Assembly: GCA_963845755.1 (NCBI GenBank)
Contig: CAWJTV010000024.1
Coordinates: 32,001-96,000, forward strand
DNA: 64,000 nucleotides
DNA from: an uncultured Planctomycetota bacterium
GTDB taxonomy: Bacteria; Planctomycetota; Planctomycetia; Isosphaerales; Isosphaeraceae
Direction of reading: 5' to 3'
Below the pieces are notes generated by a model that worked only from the letters and a program-made list of their open reading frames with translations, did no database searches and had not been told where the DNA came from. Shown here piece after piece: positions 10,323-21,563 of the stretch. The position numbers and the translations under genes are program-made. The stretch's first letter is position 1, and every line of letters begins with the position of its first letter.

Positions 10323-10754
10323 ATGAGTCGCCTTATCCTCGTCGCCCTCACAACCCTCATCCTGCCGGGCTGTAGCGTGCTGGACCGCGTTGACATGACG
10401 ATTCAGCAACTCGATACGTCGAACCGTCTGCTGTCCAGGACGAACGAGCAGATGGTCTCCATGAATCAGCGGATGCTCGAAACCCAGGCGCTGATGATCG
10501 AGTCCAATCGCCACGTCGTCGAATCCAATCGCCTGGTGGCGGAGAGCATCAAGAACGTCATCCAATCCAACGCTAAAGTCGATAGATCGAATGAGAATAT
10601 GGACAATACAAATGAGAACATGAAAAAGACGCTTGCCGGAATGGCCGAGAGTAACCGGAACGTCACCCGCAGCAATGCGTTGATGACGGAGATGAATGAG
10701 AAGATGGGCGTGATGATCCAGACGATGCAGAAGATTCCGGGATTGAAACCGTAG
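10323..10754 (+). CDS. Coiled-coil lipoprotein with strict heptad Asn repeats
   Basis: Lipobox LPGC after a hydrophobic signal; about 15 heptads [LMV]xx[STM]Nxx. Confidence 0.8.
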   Translation: MSRLILVALTTLILPGCSVLDRVDMTIQQLDTSNRLLSRTNEQMVSMNQRMLETQALMIESNRHVVESNRLVAESIKNVIQSNAKVDRSNENMDNTNENMKKTLAGMAESNRNVTRSNALMTEMNEKMGVMIQTMQKIPGLKP

Positions 10755-10779
10755 ACCGGACTCCACGATTCGAAATACC

Positions 10780-10805
10780 GAGGGCCGGAGCGAACCCCGG
10801 CCCTC
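10780..10805. terminator. Hairpin between convergent genes (probable bidirectional terminator)
   Basis: GAGGGCCGG-loop-CCGGCCCTC, 9-bp stem. Confidence 0.6.
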
Positions 10806-10830
10806 CGTTCAATGTCAGCCAGTTCGCGAT

Positions 10831-11028
10831 CTATGCGGTCGCGTCGTGAATCTTCTTCTTGGCAGCGTCGCCGGCCTCCTCGATCTTATTCCCGGCCTGG
10901 TGGGCCTTGTCCTTAACCCAATCCTTGGCCTCTTCCGCCTTCTCGCCGATCTCATGTCCCACTTCTTTCGCCTTGTCGGCGACTTTGTGGCCGGCGTCCT
11001 TCGCCTTGTCTTTGAATGATTCAGCCAT
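10831..11028 (-). CDS. Small LEA/CsbD-like general stress protein
   Basis: K/D/E/A-rich 11-mer amphipathic repeats (KDKAKDAGHKV, ADKAKEVGHEI, KDKAHQAGNKI); AGGAG RBS; alternative start at 11034. Confidence 0.8.
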   Translation of the reverse strand: MAESFKDKAKDAGHKVADKAKEVGHEIGEKAEEAKDWVKDKAHQAGNKIEEAGDAAKKKIHDATA

Positions 11029-11084
11029 CGTCATCTCCTGACTGTAAGGGTATCCCTGGCGAAACTGGTTCCGTCGGGATAAGG

Positions 11085-11100
11085 AGCAAAGCGCGTGCCG
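11085..11100 (-). promoter_or_regulatory. sigma54 (-24/-12) promoter for the LEA/CsbD-like gene
   Basis: Minus strand reads CGGCACGCGCTTTGCT (GG-N10-GC; matches YGGCACG-N4-TTGCW), about 55 bp upstream of the start. Confidence 0.7.
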
Positions 11101-11390
11101 TTGCGGCTTGGCTCAGCCAATCCCGATCGGTACGCCTGGGGTACTCTCTGATGACTCCTGATCCAACCGAATCGCGGTAAAACGTCGTTCGACTGGAGTA
11201 CACGAAGAGCACCTGGAGCAATTCAATGAGCAGATGGCCGTTCGCGTACAGCGCGGTGAACCGCTCCTCGCGTCGCGAGCCCGCGTCTGATAATCGCAAT
11301 TGTGTTAGGTTGCGTTCGATCGTAGCGAGTATGCCGCCTGTGACCTCGCGACGGTCTTTGGGTCGCTTTCGATGCCTACCAGGAGGGATA

Positions 11391-11428
11391 GGCCTTGCGA
11401 TAGCAGACGGACAAAAACCAACGGTCTA
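11391..11428 (+). repeat. Left terminal inverted repeat
   Basis: GGCCTTGCGATAGCAGACGGACAAAAACCAACGGTCTA. Confidence 0.8.
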
Positions 11429-11711
11429 CCGTGTCCGCTTGTCCAGAAGACGGTGCGCGGCTCCTGCGCCTTCGGTCACGAAAGGCGGAATTGTTGCGCC
11501 TTCCAGCCAACGCTGATGCGTCCGTCGCCGCTGGGCGCGGGCTTGCCTGGCGAGGAATTCGTGGCGTTGCCCCCCGAGTCCGCGAGTCTTCTCGCGGGGC
11601 GAGTGCGCCTTTGTACGCGGAAGGCGCAGCCGGAGCGGGGACGGCGTTAGGCGGGGGCACAGGGAATTATCTCCGGCAAAATCGGCCGGGAAGAATCCCC
11701 GCCGAGACGTC

Positions 11712-11757
11712 TTGCAAATCCCCACTCGTGTAACCATACTAGTTACACGAGTGGGGA
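11712..11757 (+). promoter_or_regulatory. sigma70-like promoter overlapped by an Rrf2-type operator
   Basis: TTGCAA-N17-CATACT; the -10 box lies in the 7-nt loop of a perfect 16-bp inverted repeat TCCCCACTCGTGTAAC/GTTACACGAGTGGGGA containing TGTAA-N9-TTACA. Confidence 0.7.
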
Positions 11758-11804
11758 CGTCCCCACGCCGAATCTCGTGCGAGGCCCCAACCACGGAGAT
11801 GGGC

Positions 11805-12707
11805 ATGAAGCGAGGCGTTTGGCTACTTGGACTGTCGCTGTCACTCGGGATGGCTTCGGCCTCGCCGGGGCAGTTGTTCAAGACTGCGAAGGTCCCTGAG
11901 GGCACGCGAGTGCATCGGAACCTGGAATACGTCAAGGGGGGGCACCAGCGGCAGAAGCTCGATCTCTACGTCCCCGAGAAGGCCGACGGCCCGCTGCCGG
12001 TCATCGTCTGGGTCCATCCCGGTGCCTGGATGTTCGGCGGTAAGGAGGAATGCCCGGCAATCCCCTTCCTCAGCAAGGGGTATGCCGTCGCTAGCATCAA
12101 CCATCGCTACAGCCGGCAGGCCCCGTTCCCGGCCCAAATCGAGGACTGCAAGGCCGCGATTCGCTGGCTGCGGGCTAACGCCAAGACCTACAACCTCGAC
12201 ACCGAACGCTTCGGTGTCTGGGGGGCGTCCTCGGGTGGGCACCTCTCGGCTCTCCTCGGGACCTCGGGCGACGTGAAGAACCTCGAAGGCACCCAAGGCG
12301 AGACGGGTCCGTCGAGCCGGGTTCAGGCGGTCGTCGATTGGTTCGGCCCGACCGACGTTGCAAAGATGGGCGGTATGCATGACGGCAGCGACTCGCCGGA
12401 GTCCCGCCTGCTGGGTGGTCCGGTGCAGGAGAACAAGGACAAGGCCGAGCGGGCGAACCCCATCGCCTACGTCTCGAAGGACGACCCGCCCTTCCTCGTC
12501 ATGCACGGCGACCGCGATAATATGGTGCCCTTCAATCAGAGCGAGTTGCTGTACGAGGCCCTGAAGAAGGCCGGCGTCGATGTGACGTTCAAGCCCGTCA
12601 AGGGGGCCGGGCACGGCACCCGAGAATTCGGCACCGAGGAGAGCATGAAGCTCGTCGAGGACTTCTTCGACAGGCACCTGAAGAAGGGGGCCGGAGCTTC
12701 ACGATAG
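11805..12707 (+). CDS. Secreted alpha/beta hydrolase (BD-FAE/HSL-like esterase)
   Basis: Signal peptide; HPGAW oxyanion motif, GASSGG nucleophile, HGDRDNMV, GAGHG; GGAG RBS. Confidence 0.9.
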   Translation: MKRGVWLLGLSLSLGMASASPGQLFKTAKVPEGTRVHRNLEYVKGGHQRQKLDLYVPEKADGPLPVIVWVHPGAWMFGGKEECPAIPFLSKGYAVASINHRYSRQAPFPAQIEDCKAAIRWLRANAKTYNLDTERFGVWGASSGGHLSALLGTSGDVKNLEGTQGETGPSSRVQAVVDWFGPTDVAKMGGMHDGSDSPESRLLGGPVQENKDKAERANPIAYVSKDDPPFLVMHGDRDNMVPFNQSELLYEALKKAGVDVTFKPVKGAGHGTREFGTEESMKLVEDFFDRHLKKGAGASR

Positions 12708-12741
12708 GCCCGGTCAGGTGATAGGGACCATCGGAGAGGCG

Positions 12742-13176
12742 ATGCTCAGTTCCAAGCTCACCGTCGGAATCCACATCCTGACCCTGCTGGCGTTGACGCC
12801 GGGCCAGGCCCAGACCTCCGAGTACATCGCCGGGAGCGTGAACACGAATCCGGTCGTGATTCGGCGGCTCCTCGGCCTGCTCCGCGAGGCGGGCATCGTC
12901 GAGTCCCAGGGCGGACACGGCGGCGGCTGGCGGCTCGTGCATCCCGCCGAGCGAATCACGCTCCTCGATGTCCTCCGGGCGGTCGAGCCGAAGGGCGACA
13001 CCATCGCCCTGCATCGGGGCGAGCCAAACCCGCTCTGCCCCGTGGGGCGGAACATCCAGGGTGTCCTTACCGGAGTTTATGGCGAGGTTGAGCGACGGAT
13101 GGATGAGCAACTCGCCCGGACGACCATCGCGGGCGTCCTGGGCTCGGTCCACAAGCAGGAGCGGGAACGGGCGTAA
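12742..13176 (+). CDS. Rrf2-family transcriptional repressor, single-Cys YwnA/HypR/SifR-like type
   Basis: TSEYIAGSVNTNPVVIRRLL wHTH, GGHGGGWRL, ITLLDV, PNPLCPVGRNI; only one Cys, so no 3-Cys Fe-S ligand set. Confidence 0.9.
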   Translation: MLSSKLTVGIHILTLLALTPGQAQTSEYIAGSVNTNPVVIRRLLGLLREAGIVESQGGHGGGWRLVHPAERITLLDVLRAVEPKGDTIALHRGEPNPLCPVGRNIQGVLTGVYGEVERRMDEQLARTTIAGVLGSVHKQERERA

Positions 13177-13188
13177 GCCCCTTTTTTT
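13169..13188 (+). terminator. Short intrinsic terminator
   Basis: GGGC-GTAA-GCCC followed by CTTTTTTT. Confidence 0.5.
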
Positions 13189-13195
13189 GCCATCA

Positions 13196-13218
13196 TGTGT
13201 AACAAAAACGGTTGCACA
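13196..13218. promoter_or_regulatory. Second Rrf2-type operator
   Basis: TGTGTAAC-AAAAACG-GTTGCACA (TGTAA-N9-TTGCA), same geometry as the 11719-11757 site. Confidence 0.7.
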
Positions 13219-13244
13219 AGAGAGCCTTTTCAAAGGAGGAGACG

Positions 13245-14105
13245 ATGGGAGCGAGTCGAACCGGATTGGGTCTTGCGGCGATGCTCGTCGCCACGGCGGC
13301 GGCCCTCACGGGGACGGTCCGGGCTCAGGAGGGCAAGGCGGACACCGAGGGCCGCAAGCGGCAGGTGGTCGAGCTGCTCAAGAGCATCGAAACCGGCGAC
13401 GCGAAGCCGGTTGCCGTTATCAACCCGAAGAAGTACATCCAGCACAACCAAGCCGTCGCCGACGGCCTGGAGGGCTTCGGGGCTCTGCTCAAGCAGCTCC
13501 CGCCCAATTCGGCGAAGGTCAAGACCGTGCGAGTGTTCCGCGACGGCGATTTCGTCTTCACGCACACGGATTATGACTTCTTCGGCCCCAAGGTCGGTTT
13601 CGACGTCTTCCGCTTCGAGGACGGGAAGATTGTCGAGCACTGGGACAACCTTGCCGAGAAGGTGAAGCAGCCGAACCGCAGCGGCCACACGCAGACCGAC
13701 GGGCCGACCGAGGCGAAGGACCTCGACAAGACCGATGCCAACAGGACGCTGGTGCGGGCCTTCTACGAAGACATCCTGATGAAGGGCAAGAAGGAGAAGC
13801 TCGCCGACTACTTCGGCGACACGTACATCCAGCACAGCCCCGGCCTGGGTGACGGCGTCGAGGGATTCAGTCGGCTGGTGGGGATGGTCGCTACCCCGAA
13901 CAGCCCCATCAAGTTCGACAAGATTCACAAGGTGCTGGGCGAGGGGGAGTTCGTCCTGGTCATGAGCGAGGGGTCGTTCCGCGGGAAGCCCTCGGCCTTC
14001 TACGACCTGTTCCGGGTCGAGGGTGGCAAGGTCGTCGAGCATTGGGACGCCATCGAGGCCATCCCGCCCAAGTCGGAGCGGAAGAACGACAACGGCAAGT
14101 TCTGA
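13245..14105 (+). CDS. Secreted tandem SnoaL/NTF2-like domain protein
   Basis: Signal peptide; duplicated YIQH..DG / DxFRxExGKxVEHWD; AAGGAGG RBS. Confidence 0.85.
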   Translation: MGASRTGLGLAAMLVATAAALTGTVRAQEGKADTEGRKRQVVELLKSIETGDAKPVAVINPKKYIQHNQAVADGLEGFGALLKQLPPNSAKVKTVRVFRDGDFVFTHTDYDFFGPKVGFDVFRFEDGKIVEHWDNLAEKVKQPNRSGHTQTDGPTEAKDLDKTDANRTLVRAFYEDILMKGKKEKLADYFGDTYIQHSPGLGDGVEGFSRLVGMVATPNSPIKFDKIHKVLGEGEFVLVMSEGSFRGKPSAFYDLFRVEGGKVVEHWDAIEAIPPKSERKNDNGKF

Positions 14106-14155
14106 AGCCCGAATTCCCCTTCCTCTCCCTCGGAGATGCCCGCAATATCGCTCCG

Positions 14156-14214
14156 CCGAAGAGCCTTGCTTATGGCCGCCCTCGTCGCAGCCGGCCATAG
14201 GGAAGGCTCTTCGG
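14156..14214. repeat. Long imperfect hairpin inside the cassette
   Basis: CCGAAGAGCCTT..TATGGCCG-13nt-CGGCCATA..AAGGCTCTTCGG. Confidence 0.7.
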
Positions 14215-14313
14215 ACGGATGTCGGCCAAGGGAACATAAAGGCCGTTCCAGGACGGAGCGTTACCAGTGCGTGATTTGGGGCAGATCGCGCACCGCTGAA
14301 CCGACACTCACCG

Positions 14314-14351
14314 CCGAGTGTTGGTTTTTGTCCGTTTACTATCGCAACCCC
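14314..14351 (-). repeat. Right terminal inverted repeat
   Basis: Minus strand GGGGTTGCGATAGTAAACGGACAAAAACCAACACTCGG (38 bp, starts GGGG like Tn3-family IRs). Confidence 0.8.
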
Positions 14352-14409
14352 GGATACGGAAACACTCCCCCTGCATGGTCGGCCTCGCGACGATGCCGCC
14401 GGTGGCCGA

Positions 14410-14560
14410 GGGTTTCGCGTGACCGACACCGGAGTCGGGATGGCGCCGAGCTCGCTCGCCAGAGCCTTCGACCTCTTCGCCCAAGGCGACCGGACGTTCG
14501 CCCGCTCCGAGGGTGGGCTCACGCTCGTCAAGAGCCTCAATGAGATGCGCGGCGGCGCCG
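14410..14560 (+). pseudogene. Histidine kinase HATPase_c remnant
   Basis: RVTDTGVGM...AFDLFAQGDRTFARSEGGLTLVKSL; G1 and F boxes present, G2 box GLGIGL collapsed to GL; no upstream part. Confidence 0.7.
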
Positions 14561-14649
14561 CCACGGAGAGCGATATTGACGCAGGCCCGGCGGTCGGCGG
14601 GCCATATGATGATGGTCTTCACCGGCCCACCGCGAGGCCGCCTTCGCGC

Positions 14650-17646
14650 TCACGACGGCTCGATCGTTTTACCTCCCGGCGTAATCGTGAACTCCGTGGT
14701 CCCGATGAGGGCGCTGCCCGAGGCGCTGGTCACGCCCGGCAAGACCGTGAGCCGGCCGCCCGTCCGGAACGACTGGGTGCCGGCGAGCTCGAGCGTCACC
14801 GAATCGCTCGCAGGCGTGTACGTGACCGTGAATCTCTTGATCGGATGCACGACGCGATCGAGGCCCCTGTTGACCTTCTTGAACGTGACGGTTCTCAGCT
14901 CGTAATTCCCCGGATTCGACACGGCCGCCGCGCCGAGCGGACCGTTGAAGTCGAGCATGAATCCGACCAGGACCGCCTTGCCGACCGGTCTGCCATTCTT
15001 CTTCAGCTTGCGCTGGAAGACAGGCTGCTCGCCGATGATCATCGCGGGAGACGGTGTCGGTGTCGATTGCGGTAGTACGTTGACCTTGGTGGCTTGGCTG
15101 GCCGCCGTGACGGTTATGGAGGTCGTCGTCTGAGCGCCCGCGATGGCACTGTCGGTCACCGTCAAGGTATAGCCGGTGCCGGGCTCGCTCAGAGTCAGGT
15201 CGGAGAAAGTGGCGACGCCGTTGACGACCGTCACTGTCAGGGTCCCGCCCAGGATTGCGTCGCCCGGGTTGTTCCCCAGGGCGACCGTCACGATGCCGCC
15301 GCTGGCCGCATTCCCCAGGCGGTCCTCGACCTCGACGGTCAGGCCGAAGGGACTGCCGGCGACGACACTCGACGGCGGCTCGGTCTTGATCGTCAACTGG
15401 CTGGGGATCTCATAACCGGCGAGATCGGGAACCAGGAGGTTCGCGACCGGCGTGCCCAGCCCGGAGGCCAGGTCGTAGCCGGGTCCGGCGGGGTCGCCGT
15501 TGTTGCCGTAGAGGATGTCGTGGAAATCGGCGGCGGGGAGCGAGTAGAGCGCGGGCAGGGTCTGGGTGTCGCCGGTCAACGGCGTGCCGCCGGCAAGCAC
15601 CCGACCCTGGTCGGCGATCGCGATCAGGCCGGCCCAGATGGGAGAAGCGGCGCTGGTGCCGGCGTCCCCGAGCCAGCCGACCGCCGACGCCGAGACGGAA
15701 GAGCCGCTGAGCGTGCTCGTGAAAACGTCGTATTCCTGGGCGGCCCCGGAATCCATGGAGACGTCGGGCAGCGCGCGGGCATCGTCGGGATCCATGCTGG
15801 TGGGGACGACGCTGCCCTGCCACGCCGGCTCGGGCTCGACGGCGCTCAGGCCACCCCCGCCACCCCCGCTCGTCCCGCTCTGCGTCCCATCGCCCCAGGC
15901 GACTTCACCCGAGGGGCCGGTCCCCGGGTAGTCGCCGGCCGAGTCGATGACGATCGAGGTACCGCCGACGGAAACAATATTGGGCGAGGCGGCCGGATCG
16001 TTCGCAGCGATCTCGTAACTTCCGTCCTCGTAGATCCCGGAATCGCCCGCCGCGGCGAGGAAGGTAACGCCCGGCGTCGTGAAGTCCGAGTCGAGCGACT
16101 GCTCGTCTATCCCCGACGCGGCCACGGATGACTCGGGCTCGCCGTAACTCAGGGTGACGACCGAGACCCCCGGAAGCTTCGAGGCCTGCTGCATCGCTTC
16201 GATCAGGTTTTCAAAGGAAGCCGTCGGGTTGTTGGGCTCGTAGGCCGCATTGTAAACGATGATCGACGCACCGGGCGCGACCGCGTGCGCCCACTCGACG
16301 TCGAGCGAGGCCTCGCCGACGATGGCGTCGTTCTGCGTGGTAACGCCGTCCTGGTCCACGACCTTGAAGCTCGGAGGAGCCGGGATCCCGAAGAACTGGT
16401 CGAAGGTCGTCAGGTCGGCCCCGAGCGTGGGGTCGACCCCCTCCTCGACGATGGCGATCGTCTGGCCGGAACCGTCGCCGGTGACGGTCGTGCCCCCGGG
16501 CCCCGTGAAGCTGATCTGGTTGATCCCGTAAGCGTCCCGAAGCTGCTCGGGGCTGACCTGGCCGCTGAATAGTGACAGCTCGCCAGCGACGGTATACGTA
16601 TCCGAAGCCGCGTCGGTGACCGCAAGATAATTCGTCCCCCCCACGTCCTGGTAGGTGATCCCGGTCGGAATCTCTTCGGAGTCGCCGAGGGGATCGGCGA
16701 GGAAGGCCGTGAGCGCGGAGTTGATGTGCACAACCCCGGGACCACCGCCATAGAGCGACGAGGTCGTCGTGGCCAGGATGAAGTTGTCCTGCGAATCCAC
16801 CGTGATGCCGGCGCTGTCGATGTCGGGGACGCTCGTCAGGCCGAGCGTCGGGACGAACGGCGCGGGGCTGCTTCCCGTGTCGTAGAAGAGGTTGAATCCG
16901 ACGGGCACGTGGATCGCCGTGGTGGAACCCGCGGGTACGTAGGGCATCGTGGTGAGGACCGTCCCCTGCGAGTCGACGGCAACCCCCTCGGGTGAGGCCG
17001 AGCCTCCATCGCCGGCCGGAGAGGCGACCAGGACGGTGGCGACCCCACCCGATGACCCGTAGGTCAGCCGCATCACAAAATCCCAGTTGTTCGACTCGGC
17101 GGCGATCACGAGCGAATTCTGGTAGACGCCGAAATCGCCGTACGTCGCGCCGGTAAGGCTGATCTGGCCGCTGAGATCGACCGGGGCGTCCGTCTGGACG
17201 TCGAAGACTTTCGACGCATTCACCATGTCGTTCGGCAGATCGTCGTACTGGGAGGACGTTCCGCTGACCGGGTTGAAGACGAAGAGTTGACCGTTGGGCT
17301 GGAGCTCGAGGATGTCGCTGGAGCTCTCGATGGAGGGGAGCGAGGCCGACGAACCGACCGCGGTCAAGGCGCCGGGAAACGCGGATGCGCCGGTCGTGCC
17401 GAATACGCTGGCACTGACCAGGAAGCCGTTGGACGCGACCTCGGCGACCGCCTGCTGCTGGCCCGAGGACCGAGTGGTGCTGTCGTAGCTGACGAAGATG
17501 TCACCGGACGTGTCGAACGTGATACCGGCGATCCCCGGAAACGTCAGACTCAGGACCACTCTTTGCTCGAACTGCTGGAGGCACGGACGAAGCTGCCGGC
17601 CGCGTCGATCGCCACGCGGTCCGGGCGTGCGGGGGTGCGAAGCCAT
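14650..17646 (-). CDS. Secreted S53 (sedolisin-family) peptidase with planctomycete export signal and Ig-like domains
   Basis: N-terminal RRGRQLRPCLQQFEQRVVLS; GSGQTIAIV, EASLDVEW (E-x3-D), AAAGDSG, SVGGT, GTSAASP, GYDLASGLGTP. Confidence 0.9.
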   Translation of the reverse strand: MASHPRTPGPRGDRRGRQLRPCLQQFEQRVVLSLTFPGIAGITFDTSGDIFVSYDSTTRSSGQQQAVAEVASNGFLVSASVFGTTGASAFPGALTAVGSSASLPSIESSSDILELQPNGQLFVFNPVSGTSSQYDDLPNDMVNASKVFDVQTDAPVDLSGQISLTGATYGDFGVYQNSLVIAAESNNWDFVMRLTYGSSGGVATVLVASPAGDGGSASPEGVAVDSQGTVLTTMPYVPAGSTTAIHVPVGFNLFYDTGSSPAPFVPTLGLTSVPDIDSAGITVDSQDNFILATTTSSLYGGGPGVVHINSALTAFLADPLGDSEEIPTGITYQDVGGTNYLAVTDAASDTYTVAGELSLFSGQVSPEQLRDAYGINQISFTGPGGTTVTGDGSGQTIAIVEEGVDPTLGADLTTFDQFFGIPAPPSFKVVDQDGVTTQNDAIVGEASLDVEWAHAVAPGASIIVYNAAYEPNNPTASFENLIEAMQQASKLPGVSVVTLSYGEPESSVAASGIDEQSLDSDFTTPGVTFLAAAGDSGIYEDGSYEIAANDPAASPNIVSVGGTSIVIDSAGDYPGTGPSGEVAWGDGTQSGTSGGGGGGLSAVEPEPAWQGSVVPTSMDPDDARALPDVSMDSGAAQEYDVFTSTLSGSSVSASAVGWLGDAGTSAASPIWAGLIAIADQGRVLAGGTPLTGDTQTLPALYSLPAADFHDILYGNNGDPAGPGYDLASGLGTPVANLLVPDLAGYEIPSQLTIKTEPPSSVVAGSPFGLTVEVEDRLGNAASGGIVTVALGNNPGDAILGGTLTVTVVNGVATFSDLTLSEPGTGYTLTVTDSAIAGAQTTTSITVTAASQATKVNVLPQSTPTPSPAMIIGEQPVFQRKLKKNGRPVGKAVLVGFMLDFNGPLGAAAVSNPGNYELRTVTFKKVNRGLDRVVHPIKRFTVTYTPASDSVTLELAGTQSFRTGGRLTVLPGVTSASGSALIGTTEFTITPGGKTIEPS

Positions 17647-17671
17647 GGCTGTCTCCTCGGCTCAGAACGCC

Positions 17672-17700
17672 ATAATATCAATCGTGCTTGCAGTCATCAA
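17672..17700 (-). promoter_or_regulatory. sigma70-like promoter for the S53 gene
   Basis: TTGATG-N17-TATTAT, 25 bp upstream of the ATG. Confidence 0.5.
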
Positions 17701-18192
17701 GGCGGCGGAGCGAAATTTGGAGGTCCGAGAGCCAGGGAGAGATTTCCAACGGTGGGATCGTTCCAAAGACCTCGATCGGCGGCTTGAGAGTAGGGGCGGT
17801 TCTCCGTGGCCAACCCTGAGATGCCAGCGAGCGACGCTGGCCCGAGCCGTCGCCGGATGCCTGGCCGACCCCCGCGCGGACCGGTACGATCGTCAACCGA
17901 CCGTGCACCCGAGCTAATTTCAACGTTGCGGCATCCTGAATTATAAGACATCTTCTTCCCGAGAGGATCGAAAGTTGCGTGACGAGTTCGACCGACTCCA
18001 AGGAGTACGCTCGACGAGTCCGATGTCGGCTGACTCCTGGGGCGTGGTCGCGATGGAGACGCCTTAGACTTCTCGACGGTGGACGGCTACGATGGACCTC
18101 GAGCAAGAAGGCTGGAGATGCCGCATGCGGACCAGCTACAATTTATTGAACAAATAATCACTTATTCGACCGAAAGACCCAGGATCTCTGCC

Positions 18193-21561
<3,369 letters not shown>

Positions 21562-21563
21562 GG

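Larger units (their letters stand above)
11391..14351. mobile_element. Non-autonomous Tn3-family-like cassette (no transposase or resolvase) with cargo genes
   Basis: 38-bp imperfect terminal IRs (30/38 identical, 26/28 in the core) and a 5-bp direct repeat GGATA at 11386-11390 and 14352-14356. Confidence 0.8.

Noticed and set aside
14156..14214. Integron attC site
   Set aside because: It lacks RYYYAAC/GTTRRRY ends, and no integrase or cassette array is present.
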